Source: Ruminococcus sp. UBA7158
GTDB lineage: Bacteria > Bacillota > Clostridia > Oscillospirales > Ruminococcaceae
DNA length: 64,000 nucleotides
Reading direction: 5' to 3'
NCBI GenBank assembly: GCA_002491605.1
Contig: DKWG01000066.1
Coordinates: 196-64,195 of the forward strand
In this document: piece after piece, positions 26,625-35,074 of the stretch
How the letters are laid out: every line of letters begins with the position of its first letter
Numbering within the stretch: position 1 is the stretch's first letter
Translations under genes and position numbers: made by a program
Notes under the pieces: generated by a model
Database searches by the model: none
What the model was told of the DNA's origin: nothing
Seen by the model: only the letters and a program-made list of their open reading frames with translations

Positions 26625-26745
26625 TCCGCTTGTTCGCAGAAGATAATAATACCGTCTTAGCTGTCAGCCCGGCAGACGACCGCAACAGTCATCAAAGCTG
26701 TGAAGCTTGATGAAATTACTATAGCTTATATCTCACAAAGCGTGC

Positions 26746-26789
26746 AAAAAGCCGCCGCAAAATCCATATCAATGTGATTTTGCGGCGGC
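26746..26789 (-). terminator. Rho-independent terminator after tyrS (likely bidirectional)
   Basis: 14-bp stem GCCGCCGCAAAATC / GATTTTGCGGCGGC, followed by a T5 run on the minus strand. Confidence 0.7.
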
Positions 26790-26841
26790 TTAATTGTCTG
26801 TCATAATAAAGACTGCAATTTCATTTTACGCCGGAATAACA

Positions 26842-28041
26842 CTATCCCTTGACAACCTTTACTACCTGCTTCTTGCCCTTTTTGATGATAGCGGCATCGG
26901 TTAAATCTACAACGGTATTGGCGTCAGTCACCTTTTGGTCGTTTAAGGTGACGCCACCCTGCTGGATAAGACGTCTTGCCTCGCCCTTGCTGGGTGCGAG
27001 CTTAGCGGCAATCATAGCGTCCAAAATTCCAACGCTGTCGGCTGATATTTCAACAGTCGGCATATTTTCGTTTGTTCCGGAGCCGCCGAATACTGCCTTT
27101 GCTACCGAAAGTGCCTTTTGAGCTTCCTCCTCGCCGTGGACAAGCTTTGTCAGCTCGTATGCCAAAATCTCCTTTGCCTTGTTGAGCTGTGAGCCTTCCC
27201 ATGAATCCATCTTGTCGATTTCCTCAAGAGGCAGGAAGGTAAGCATTCTTATACACTTCATAACATCGCTGTCCGCAACGTTGCGCCAGTACTGGAAGAA
27301 GTCATAAGGACTTGTCTTGTTGGGGTCAAGCCATACGGCGTTGCCTGCTGTTTTGCCCATCTTGTTGCCCTGAGAGTCGGTAAGAAGGGTTATTGTCATG
27401 CAGTGAGCGTCTTTTCCGAGTTTGCGCCTTATCAGCTCAGTTCCGCCGAGCATATTAGACCACTGGTCGTTTCCGCCGAACTGCATATTGCAGCCGTATT
27501 TCTGGAACATATAGTAGAAGTCATAGGACTGCATAATCATGTAGTTAAATTCAAGGAATGACAGTCCCTTTTCCATTCTCTGCTTATAGCACTCGGCACG
27601 AAGCATATTGTTGACCGAGAAGCAGGCTCCGACCTCTCTTAAAAGCTCGACATAGTTGAGGTTTAACAGCCAGTCGGCATTGTTGACCATCATAGCCTTG
27701 CCCTCGCCAAACTCAATAAAGCGCTCCATCTGACGACGGAAGCACTCGGCATTGTGGTCGATATCCTCTTTAGTCAGCATCTTTCTCATATCGGTTCTGC
27801 CGGACGGGTCGCCTATCATAGTAGTTCCACCACCGATTAAAGCTATAGGCTTATTTCCTGCCATCTGAAGCCTCTTCATAAGGGTCAGCGCCATGAAGTG
27901 ACCTGCCGTTAAGCTGTCTGCTGTGCAGTCAAAGCCGATATAGAATGTCGCCTTGCCGTTGTTGATCATTTCCTTTATTTCGTTTTCATCCGTGACCTGA
28001 GCTATAAGCCCTCTCGCCACTAATTCTTCATAAATGCCCAT
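26842..28041 (-). CDS. tyrS: Tyrosine--tRNA ligase
   Basis: MGIYEELVARGLIAQVTDE N-terminus, HIGH-type LTAGH, KMSKS-type KMGKT, and a C-terminal S4 domain. RBS GGAGGA lies 7 nt before the ATG at 28041. Confidence 0.92.
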   Translation of the reverse strand: MGIYEELVARGLIAQVTDENEIKEMINNGKATFYIGFDCTADSLTAGHFMALTLMKRLQMAGNKPIALIGGGTTMIGDPSGRTDMRKMLTKEDIDHNAECFRRQMERFIEFGEGKAMMVNNADWLLNLNYVELLREVGACFSVNNMLRAECYKQRMEKGLSFLEFNYMIMQSYDFYYMFQKYGCNMQFGGNDQWSNMLGGTELIRRKLGKDAHCMTITLLTDSQGNKMGKTAGNAVWLDPNKTSPYDFFQYWRNVADSDVMKCIRMLTFLPLEEIDKMDSWEGSQLNKAKEILAYELTKLVHGEEEAQKALSVAKAVFGGSGTNENMPTVEISADSVGILDAMIAAKLAPSKGEARRLIQQGGVTLNDQKVTDANTVVDLTDAAIIKKGKKQVVKVVKG

Positions 28042-28055
28042 GATTTTATCCTCCA

Positions 28056-28952
28056 TTATAAATTATAATCAAAAAAACTAAGCTGTGGGCTTTCATACCC
28101 TCTTTTGTATGCCTTGATGATTGAGCGCATTTCATACAGTATTCCATAGAGATCGCACTCGGCGGTGAAAACGTTCCAAAGCCTTCTTGCATTCGGAGAC
28201 GTACACCGATACCGCTCGCCGTAATACCTTTTGTATTTTTGGGACATCCCGGGGAACAGCTCATCAAGCTTATTATAAAAATGCTCACGCTGATTCATCC
28301 GAAGTGTCACCCCAAACGCCGGATATATACACTTTACTCCGCACTCATGCGCCATGCGTACTATTGAAAGAATGTTATCGGCGCTGTCCTCGATAAAGGG
28401 TAAAACAGGCATAAGGGTTATACCGGTGAAAAGCCCTGCTTCGGACATCCTTGCCAAAGCCTCAAACCTCTCGGACGACACAGAAACATTCGGCTCAATC
28501 AGCCTTGAAAGCTTGTCGTCAGCGGTAGTAACGGTCATCTTGCAAAGTACCGGTGAATGCTCTTGTATCTGCCTATACAGGTCGATATCCCGGGTTATGA
28601 GCGAGGACTTCGTTATCGTTGTCACACCAAAGCCGTATGCGTCAATGAGCATAAGCGACTTTTCAGTGAGCCGCTCCGTTTTTTCAAATGGATTATAAGG
28701 GTCACACATCGCTCCGGTTCCTATAACACCCGTCCTGACTTTGCGCCTAAGCTCATTAGCCAGTATCTCCATAGCGTTTTCCTTGGCACGAACTTTATCA
28801 AAGTTTTCGACATGATAACACTCACTTCTGCTGTCGCAATAGATGCAGCCATGGCAGCAGCCGCGATACAGGTTCATGTTGTAGTCGTTTCCGAACCATT
28901 CGTCCGACTTGTTCTTTTGAAGAATTGTCTTTGCGGCAACGTATTGCACCAT
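28056..28952 (-). CDS. Radical SAM protein of the SPL / 'DNA repair photolyase' (COG1533-like) family
   Basis: CX3CX2C cluster motif in YRGCCHGCIYCDS near the N-terminus. It is about 300 aa long, typical of that family. Its stop lies 14 nt before the tyrS start. Confidence 0.75.
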   Translation of the reverse strand: MVQYVAAKTILQKNKSDEWFGNDYNMNLYRGCCHGCIYCDSRSECYHVENFDKVRAKENAMEILANELRRKVRTGVIGTGAMCDPYNPFEKTERLTEKSLMLIDAYGFGVTTITKSSLITRDIDLYRQIQEHSPVLCKMTVTTADDKLSRLIEPNVSVSSERFEALARMSEAGLFTGITLMPVLPFIEDSADNILSIVRMAHECGVKCIYPAFGVTLRMNQREHFYNKLDELFPGMSQKYKRYYGERYRCTSPNARRLWNVFTAECDLYGILYEMRSIIKAYKRGYESPQLSFFDYNL

Positions 28953-28960
28953 ATCACCCC

Positions 28961-29241
28961 AAAATAAAAACGCCCTCGATGAGTATAAAACTCAAAGAGG
29001 GCGATTAAATCTAAACCGCTGTACCACCTCAATTTGCCAAGTGCATATTAAACGCAAGCTTGACCTCAAGGGCGCTGTAACGTGCGCAAAACGCATACTC
29101 CTACTTTACCGCTTCACATAAAGCGCTGTTCAGAATACAAACTCCAAGATGTATTCACACGCCGCATAACGCTTTCTCACACCGACCGAAAGCTCTCTTG
29201 AGTTAAAATCATGCGTGCTACTTCTTCTTTTCACAGTCATT
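28961..29241 (-). promoter_or_regulatory. T-box riboswitch leader, specifier UAC (Tyr)
   Basis: Read on the minus strand: AGAGAG (29193-29198), GAA-UAC-A specifier context (UAC = complement of 29151-29153), T-box core AATTGAGGTGGTACAGCGG (29016-29034). Terminator CGCCCTC/GAGGGCG (28971-29003) plus TTTTTATTTT. Confidence 0.8.
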
Positions 29242-29247
29242 GTCGAC

Positions 29248-29276
29248 ATATTAACACGATTAATTGATTTTGTCAA
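29248..29276 (-). promoter_or_regulatory. Sigma-A promoter of the Tyr T-box operon (TTGACA-17-TAATAT)
   Basis: Plus-strand ATATTA at 29248-29253 and TGTCAA at 29271-29276. Confidence 0.6.
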
Positions 29277-29327
29277 GAGACAAAGCACAAATTTTGTCTT
29301 TCATGCGCAGACGGTTTTTATTAAATG

Positions 29328-29356
29328 TTGCAATTTGTAAAATAATGTGTTATAAT
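29328..29356 (+). promoter_or_regulatory. Sigma-A promoter with extended -10 (TTGCAA-17-TGtTATAAT) driving the small-peptide transcript
   Basis: -35 at 29328-29333, TG at 29348-29349, -10 at 29351-29356. Confidence 0.6.
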
Positions 29357-29494
29357 CTTGCTGCAAGGCGGCAATGAAGGTCAGTTTTGTTGCCAGTCGG
29401 ACTTCGCAATAGCAAACGATTGCTTACAGAGCATTGACGGATAGAATCCGACTTTCAAAGGTTGTTCACTTCCTATTGCGGGAGGTGAGTGCAT

Positions 29495-29599
29495 ATGAGT
29501 AATGTATATGTTACATTAAGCGATATGCTTAATTACACTATTGTACTTATATCACTTGTTACTCTGGTAATAGCTATTATCAGCAATAACAAGAAATAA
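29495..29599 (+). CDS. 34-aa hydrophobic peptide, candidate type I toxin (BsrG / 'holin-like toxin'-like pattern)
   Basis: Encodes MSNVYVTLSDMLNYTIVLISLVTLVIAIISNNKK. SD GGAGGTG lies 7 nt upstream. The peptide has a single TM helix and a KK tail. It is absent from the ORF track only because of the 60-aa cutoff. Confidence 0.55.
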   Translation: MSNVYVTLSDMLNYTIVLISLVTLVIAIISNNKK

Positions 29600-29690
29600 C
29601 CGCCCACCATAGCGGTGAACGGCGTTTCCTACAACTCAAAATTGTTTTACAGGAACGACCGCCACTAGCGATGGCAAGCCGCCTTGTTCT
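29585..29690 (-). ncRNA. Predicted ~100-nt antisense RNA (candidate type I antitoxin) overlapping the 3' UTR and last codons of the peptide gene
   Basis: It is bounded by the minus-strand promoter at 29697-29724 and a minus-strand hairpin CGCCGTTCACC...GGTGGGCGG (29600-29624) followed by TTATTTCTTGTTATT. Confidence 0.4.
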
Positions 29691-29696
29691 TTAATT

Positions 29697-29724
29697 ATTA
29701 TAACACGAAATATCAATCTGTCAA
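29697..29724 (-). promoter_or_regulatory. Sigma-A promoter with extended -10 (TTGACA-16-TGtTATAAT) pointing antisense into the peptide gene 3' region
   Basis: Plus-strand ATTATAACA at 29697-29705 and TGTCAA at 29719-29724. Confidence 0.6.
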
Positions 29725-29756
29725 CCGTTCCGAAAGAATTTTTCGGAGCGGTTTTT
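29725..29756 (+). terminator. Rho-independent terminator of the peptide transcript
   Basis: 11-bp stem CCGTTCCGAAA / TTTCGGAGCGG followed by TTTTT. Confidence 0.7.
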
Positions 29757-29799
29757 CGCAGGCAAAGAGCAAGCCCTTCACAGACGTTTCATCATAAAC

Positions 29800-30570
29800 C
29801 TAAACCTTCGACTTAATCCGTGACAGCGCATTTTTTTCAAGCCTTGAAACCTGAGCCTGCGATATTCCTATTTCATCTGCAACTTCAACCTGAGTTTTCC
29901 CCTGATAAAACCTCAGATACAAAATGTTTTTTTCTCTGTCCGAAAGCATTTTTATTGCATCTCGCAGTAAAAGCTCGTCTATCCAGCCCTCGTCAGATTC
30001 AGAGTCGCCTAACTGGTCGAGCATATAAAGTGCGTCTCCGGTATTGGAGTAAACCGGCTCGTAAATAGAAACAGGCTCGCTTATTGATTCAAGCGCAAAA
30101 ACAACCTCTGACTGCGGCACTCCTATTTCCTTGGAAATATCCTTTGCTGTAGGCTCATTATTTTGCTCGTTCATCAGCTTTTCTCTTGCCTGCATGGCTT
30201 TATAGGCTAAGTCCCTCATCGAACGCGAAACTCTTATCGGCGCATCGTCACGCAAAAAGCGCCGCAGCTCCCCCATTATCATCGGGACAGCATAAGTCGA
30301 AAACCTGACGTCCAGCGATACGTCAAAGTTATCTATAGCCTTAATCAAACCTACAACTCCGACCTGGAATAAGTCATCCGGCGGCGTTCCTCTGGACATA
30401 AATTTTTGGATAACGCTTAAAACTAACCTTAAGTTCCCCTGAATCAGCTCCTCTCTTGCTGCTTTGTCCCCTGCTTTTACCCTTTTTAAAAGCTCCATCT
30501 TCTTATCTTCACTTAAAACCTTGAGCTTTGAGGTATTAACTCCGCTTATTTCAACCTTATTATACTGCAT
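29800..30570 (-). CDS. sigG: Sporulation sigma factor SigG
   Basis: VEISGVNTSKLKVLSEDKKMELL...GDKAAREELIQGNLRLVLSVIQKF is the typical SigG N-terminus, and the gene follows sigE. Confidence 0.9.
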   Translation of the reverse strand: MQYNKVEISGVNTSKLKVLSEDKKMELLKRVKAGDKAAREELIQGNLRLVLSVIQKFMSRGTPPDDLFQVGVVGLIKAIDNFDVSLDVRFSTYAVPMIMGELRRFLRDDAPIRVSRSMRDLAYKAMQAREKLMNEQNNEPTAKDISKEIGVPQSEVVFALESISEPVSIYEPVYSNTGDALYMLDQLGDSESDEGWIDELLLRDAIKMLSDREKNILYLRFYQGKTQVEVADEIGISQAQVSRLEKNALSRIKSKV

Positions 30571-30798
30571 GGCACTCTCCGAAATAATGAAAATTTCTTC
30601 TAAACAATCGCATATTATCAGTCAATACCATGACGTCCGGCTCGGCGGCTTTATTGTCGAGCCTTTAAAAATCAGTATGTGCAAAATTTAGAAATGCGAT
30701 GTATTCATTATTACCTGTTAGAAAACCATGTATTCAGTATTTCCACTTGTATAATATGGAATTTACCCCTCTCGGATTCGTTTCGAGAGGGGTATCCT

Positions 30799-31506
30799 TT
30801 AATATATAGCTTCCAGCTCTTTTTTTAGCTCCTTTAGAATTCTTTTTTCAAGCCTTGATATATAAGACTGTGATATTCCGACGACGTCAGCCACCTCCTT
30901 TTGCGTCATCTCCTTGCCTCCGGTAAGACCGAAGCGCATTTGCATTATCATTTTCTCTCTGCCCTTAAGGGCTTCAACCGCCTTTATTAGAAGCTGCTTT
31001 TCGGTTTCGCCTTCTATTCGCTGGCTGACCTCGTCTGCGTCGGTACCTATAACGTCAGACAAAAGAAGCTCGTTGCCGTCCCAGTCGATATTGAGTGGCT
31101 CGTCTATTGAAACCTCGTTTCTTTGCTGAGTAGTTTTTCTCAGATACATGAGTATCTCGTTTTCAATACATCTTGACGCATATGTTGCAAGCTTTATATT
31201 TTTGGTCGGGTTGAATGTGTTTACAGCCTTGATAAGTCCTATTGTTCCTATAGATATGAGGTCCTCTACCCCTATGCCTGTCGACTCAAACTTTTTTGAT
31301 ATGTACACAACAAGCCTTAGATTGTGAGTTATTAGCTTTTCCCTTGCACGCTTGGGGTCTATTTGAAGCATATCAAAAACCCTTTGCTCTTCGTCCGGCT
31401 TCAAAGGCGGCGGCAGAGAGTCGGGACCGTTTATATAATCAAGCGACGCATTTCGGCCCAGCGCCGCTTTTATTTTGTCAACTAAAAGCAAGAATAAATT
31501 TTTCAC
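30799..31506 (-). CDS. sigE: Sporulation sigma factor SigE (pro-sigma-E)
   Basis: It has a pro-sequence, then [11 protein letters not shown]...[65 protein letters not shown]. Confidence 0.92.
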   Translation of the reverse strand: MKNLFLLLVDKIKAALGRNASLDYINGPDSLPPPLKPDEEQRVFDMLQIDPKRAREKLITHNLRLVVYISKKFESTGIGVEDLISIGTIGLIKAVNTFNPTKNIKLATYASRCIENEILMYLRKTTQQRNEVSIDEPLNIDWDGNELLLSDVIGTDADEVSQRIEGETEKQLLIKAVEALKGREKMIMQMRFGLTGGKEMTQKEVADVVGISQSYISRLEKRILKELKKELEAIY

Positions 31507-31519
31507 AATGTCACCTTTT

Positions 31520-32323
31520 TCACATTAAGATTTTTGGATTAAACACCGCACGCTTTTTGCCGCCCTCGACAAAGGCGACAAGCGCAGAAACATCCTTTCT
31601 CTGTCCGGCATCGTTTTCTATGTATATGCTGTCAGGCGAAAAGGCATATAGTATTCCTTCTCCGTTTACAGTTGAATATGGAACAACTCTCATCCCGTAT
31701 GATGACGGCGGCGGATGCTCAAACCCTTGGCAAATCACGACACTCTTTCCGCTGAATAAATCGGTAACTGCGTTTCCCGTGTCGGAAATACCCTCGAGGA
31801 TATAGCTTTTGTCCCTGACCGTAAAGCCGACAGTGTAGCTTCTTGCTTCGTCGGATTCTCTTGAGAAGAAGTGCGACAATATCAGCATGATGATATATAC
31901 CAGCCCGGTCAAGAAAATGAGAGTGCTGAGCGATATGTCAAAATAAAAGGAATAGTTATTGATGTAGATAATATCTGTACTCATTGTCATCTGTATTAAA
32001 TACACCGCTCCGCCCAAAGCCATTGTCGACATAGTCAGGCACAGCGTTGAAAAAAGATACCTTTTTAAGCTCATTCCCTTTTTATAAAATGCCGCAAATG
32101 CTATCAGCGGACAGGATATAAGCTTGAGCATTGCCGCCGCAAGCTTTAAAAACGGCGTGCCGCTCGGCATAACTATTATTAACGATGTAAGTCCACTCAG
32201 AAAAGCTCCTGCCGCCCTTCTTTTTCCGCTTGCACCCAAATGGGCAAGCCTTGCGCAAAGACTTATTATCAACCAGCCTATATATGTATTTACTATTACA
32301 AGCGTATCGAGATAAACGCTCAT
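31520..32323 (-). CDS. spoIIGA: Sigma-E processing aspartic peptidase SpoIIGA
   Basis: Five N-terminal TM helices plus a C-terminal protease domain with GISDTGN, directly upstream of sigE. I prefer the ATG at 32323 (MSVYLDTL..., RBS GGGTGA) because the longer ORF start would lie upstream of the inferred promoter. Confidence 0.85.
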   Translation of the reverse strand: MSVYLDTLVIVNTYIGWLIISLCARLAHLGASGKRRAAGAFLSGLTSLIIVMPSGTPFLKLAAAMLKLISCPLIAFAAFYKKGMSLKRYLFSTLCLTMSTMALGGAVYLIQMTMSTDIIYINNYSFYFDISLSTLIFLTGLVYIIMLILSHFFSRESDEARSYTVGFTVRDKSYILEGISDTGNAVTDLFSGKSVVICQGFEHPPPSSYGMRVVPYSTVNGEGILYAFSPDSIYIENDAGQRKDVSALVAFVEGGKKRAVFNPKILM

Positions 32324-32341
32324 ATCCATCACCCGAATACA

Positions 32342-32375
32342 AGCATACGGCATATGTATCAAGATATCTGTCGAA
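32342..32375 (-). promoter_or_regulatory. spoIIG-type promoter candidate with Spo0A box
   Basis: On the minus strand, TTCGACA (0A-box consensus; plus-strand TGTCGAA at 32369-32375) overlaps a -35-like TCGACA. A 21-nt spacer follows, then TATGCT (32342-32347). Confidence 0.4.
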
Positions 32376-32472
32376 AACGATGGTGCTTAAATAAATCGGC
32401 GACCTGTAAATAGAAAAGCAAAAACGGCTTCCGAATACCGAAAGCCGTCCGCAATGTATAGATTTATAAATA

Positions 32473-33897
32473 TCAGTTCTTCAAATAAACGCTGAAGCCC
32501 TTATAAGCCATATAAACATCGAGCTTCGCTGTTACTTCAAACGGAGCGTGCATACAAAGAACCGGGACTCCGACGTCGACAACGTCTATTCCCAAGTTTG
32601 CAACATACGCCGCAACCGTTCCGCCGCCGCCCAGGTCAACTCTTCCCAGCTCGCTTGTCTGCCAGATAACGCCGTTTGAATCGAAAATACTTCTGACATA
32701 TGCAACAAACTCAGCATTTGCGTCTGAGCAGCCGCCCTTTCCTCTTGAGCCTGTATACTTGCACATGGCTACGCCGTAGTTGCAGTAGGATGAATTCATA
32801 GACTCGCAAACCTCAGGGAATGTCGGGTCAAAGGCAACCGAAACGTCTGCTGAAAGGCAGGTGGAATGAGATAAAACAGTCGGGCAGTTTGTTCCTGCTC
32901 CTTCTGCTATTGAATAAATGAAGTGCTTTAAGTACTCGCTTGAAAGACCGGTGTTGCCGACGCTTCCTATCTCCTCTTTATCAGTAAGAACGGTTACACA
33001 GGTTGAAACGGGGTTTTCACACTCAAGGGCTGCCATAAGAGCAGTATATGCACACACTCTGTCGTCCTGACCGTATGCGCCTACTAAGCCCCTGTCAAGT
33101 CCGACGTCCTTAGCTTTAAATGCCGGAACTACCTCAAGCTCAGCCGACATGAAGTCGTCCTCAACAATTCCGTACTTATCGAACAAAATTGATAAAATCG
33201 AAAGCTTAACCTTTTCGGACACCTCGTCGTCATTAAACGGTCTTGAGCCGATTAAAACGTTAAGCTCCTCGCCCTTTATAACATCCGGGAGTGCACGCTT
33301 TGACTGCTCCTGAGCCAAGTGCGGCAGCAAATCTGTCACAACAAAAACAGGGTCGCTGTCGTCCTCGCCGATGCAGACGTCAACCTTTTCGCCGTTTGCC
33401 TTGATAATTACACCGTGGAGTGCCAGAGGGATGGTTGCCCACTGATATTTTTTGATTCCGCCGTAATAGTGAGTCTTTAAAAGAGCCAAATCACTTGACT
33501 CATAAAGAGGATGCTGCTTTAGGTCAAGTCTGGGTGAGTCAATGTGCGCAGCATTTATCTTAACGCCGTTTTCCATCGGCTCTGTGCCGAAAACGCAGAG
33601 AATTAAGCTCTTGCCGCGATTATTGTAATAAACCCTATCGCCGCTCTGATACTTTTTCTTGGGGTCATACTCCGAATAGCCGCAGTCCTTTGCCATATTG
33701 ACAGCTGTTGAAACTGCTTCTCTTTCAGTTTTGGCATTGTCCAAAAACCTCTTATAGCCCTCGCAGAAGCTGTCGATCTTTTCTACCTCTGAATGGTCAA
33801 GCTTTAAAATACCGTTCTTTCTCTGAGAGAAAAGCTTTTCCTGAAGTACCTTTCCTGCTGATTTTTCTTTGTTCGCCATAATAACCAATCCTTTCAT
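32473..33897 (-). CDS. M18-family aminopeptidase
   Basis: 474 aa with M18-like metal-binding blocks (AAHIDSPRLDLK, DKEEIGS, HAPFE). An alternative start is the ATG at 33879 (MANKEK). Confidence 0.8.
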   Translation of the reverse strand: MKGLVIMANKEKSAGKVLQEKLFSQRKNGILKLDHSEVEKIDSFCEGYKRFLDNAKTEREAVSTAVNMAKDCGYSEYDPKKKYQSGDRVYYNNRGKSLILCVFGTEPMENGVKINAAHIDSPRLDLKQHPLYESSDLALLKTHYYGGIKKYQWATIPLALHGVIIKANGEKVDVCIGEDDSDPVFVVTDLLPHLAQEQSKRALPDVIKGEELNVLIGSRPFNDDEVSEKVKLSILSILFDKYGIVEDDFMSAELEVVPAFKAKDVGLDRGLVGAYGQDDRVCAYTALMAALECENPVSTCVTVLTDKEEIGSVGNTGLSSEYLKHFIYSIAEGAGTNCPTVLSHSTCLSADVSVAFDPTFPEVCESMNSSYCNYGVAMCKYTGSRGKGGCSDANAEFVAYVRSIFDSNGVIWQTSELGRVDLGGGGTVAAYVANLGIDVVDVGVPVLCMHAPFEVTAKLDVYMAYKGFSVYLKN

Positions 33898-34439
33898 TTT
33901 AGTTCTGAATATACTTTATATGCCTTCATTATTTTTTTGACATAAAATCTTGTGTTAGAGCCCTTAAAGTCTGCAATCTCAAAGGAAGATTTATCTACTT
34001 CCCCACTGCTCAGCCACCCGTCGACCTCGCCCATTCCCGAGTGATAAGCTGCGGCGGCAAGCTCATAGCTTTCATATTTATTATATAAATACGACAGCAT
34101 ATAGCAGCCGAATTTAATGCTGTACTCAGGAGTAAACATATCGTCATACTCAAGATCGGTCTCATGGAGCTTTGTGCTCACCCAGTCAAAGGAATCCTCA
34201 ATAATCTGCATGAGTCCTATTGCTCCGGCGTCGGAAACGGCGTTTGGATTGAAGTTCGACTCAGTTCTTATCACCGCATATACAAAAGCCTCGTCAATAC
34301 CGAACTCCTCGCTGTATTTTGCAACCTCATCGGAATACATGACTTTATAGGTGTTGTGGGGAACATATTCAAACAAATACAAATACGCCCCGACTGCAAG
34401 CACACAAATAAGCAAGAAGGCAAGCAGCTTTTTAAACAT
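33894..34439 (-). CDS. Lytic transglycosylase (SLT domain) protein, membrane-anchored
   Basis: N-terminal TM helix. SLT motif IRTESNFNPNAVSDAGAIGLMQI with the catalytic Glu. Confidence 0.8.
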   Translation of the reverse strand: MFKKLLAFLLICVLAVGAYLYLFEYVPHNTYKVMYSDEVAKYSEEFGIDEAFVYAVIRTESNFNPNAVSDAGAIGLMQIIEDSFDWVSTKLHETDLEYDDMFTPEYSIKFGCYMLSYLYNKYESYELAAAAYHSGMGEVDGWLSSGEVDKSSFEIADFKGSNTRFYVKKIMKAYKVYSELK

Positions 34440-34444
34440 TTATA

Positions 34445-35074
34445 TTAACTTATCCTTTCTGCTTCAGCGATCTTTCCTGCAATATCGCACGCTTTAATTT
34501 GCAGCTCACGCAAATCCGAATCGTTTACAATTACATAATCGGATTTTTCTCTGAAGAAAGCTTCGGAATTCTGTGAACTGAGCCGTGACCTTACAAGCTC
34601 GACCGGTATACCGTCTCTTTCGAGAATCCTTTTTATTTTAACGTCCATCGGTGCGATGACACTTACAATTTTTTGACAAATGCTGTCGAGACCGCTTTCA
34701 AAAAGTGTCGGTGCGTCTAATACGACCACTTTTTTGCCCGAAAGCTTATACATCCTGATGCCGGCAAAGATCTCGTGCGTTATGTACGGAAAAATCAAAT
34801 CAGTATAGCTTTTAAGCGCCTGCTTATTGTTGAAAACTATACCTGCAAGCTTTTGCCTGTCAAGCCCTTGCTCAGTTACACAGTCGGGAAAGCTTTTTTT
34901 CACCTCATTCAAAAAGCTTTCCTTTTTTGCTACGCTTCTTGAAACGCTGTCTGCATCGATAACGCTTAAGCCGTAATCCTTAAAGATTTTGCTGACAGTT
35001 GACTTTCCCGCGCCGCTCTGACCTGTAAGTCCGACAATTGTTATACCGTCAAAAAGTCCCATAGCGTCACTCAT
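34445..35074 (-). CDS. coaE: Dephospho-CoA kinase
   Basis: P-loop GLTGQSGAGKST, about 200 aa, in a conserved context. Confidence 0.88.
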   Translation of the reverse strand: MSDAMGLFDGITIVGLTGQSGAGKSTVSKIFKDYGLSVIDADSVSRSVAKKESFLNEVKKSFPDCVTEQGLDRQKLAGIVFNNKQALKSYTDLIFPYITHEIFAGIRMYKLSGKKVVVLDAPTLFESGLDSICQKIVSVIAPMDVKIKRILERDGIPVELVRSRLSSQNSEAFFREKSDYVIVNDSDLRELQIKACDIAGKIAEAERIS

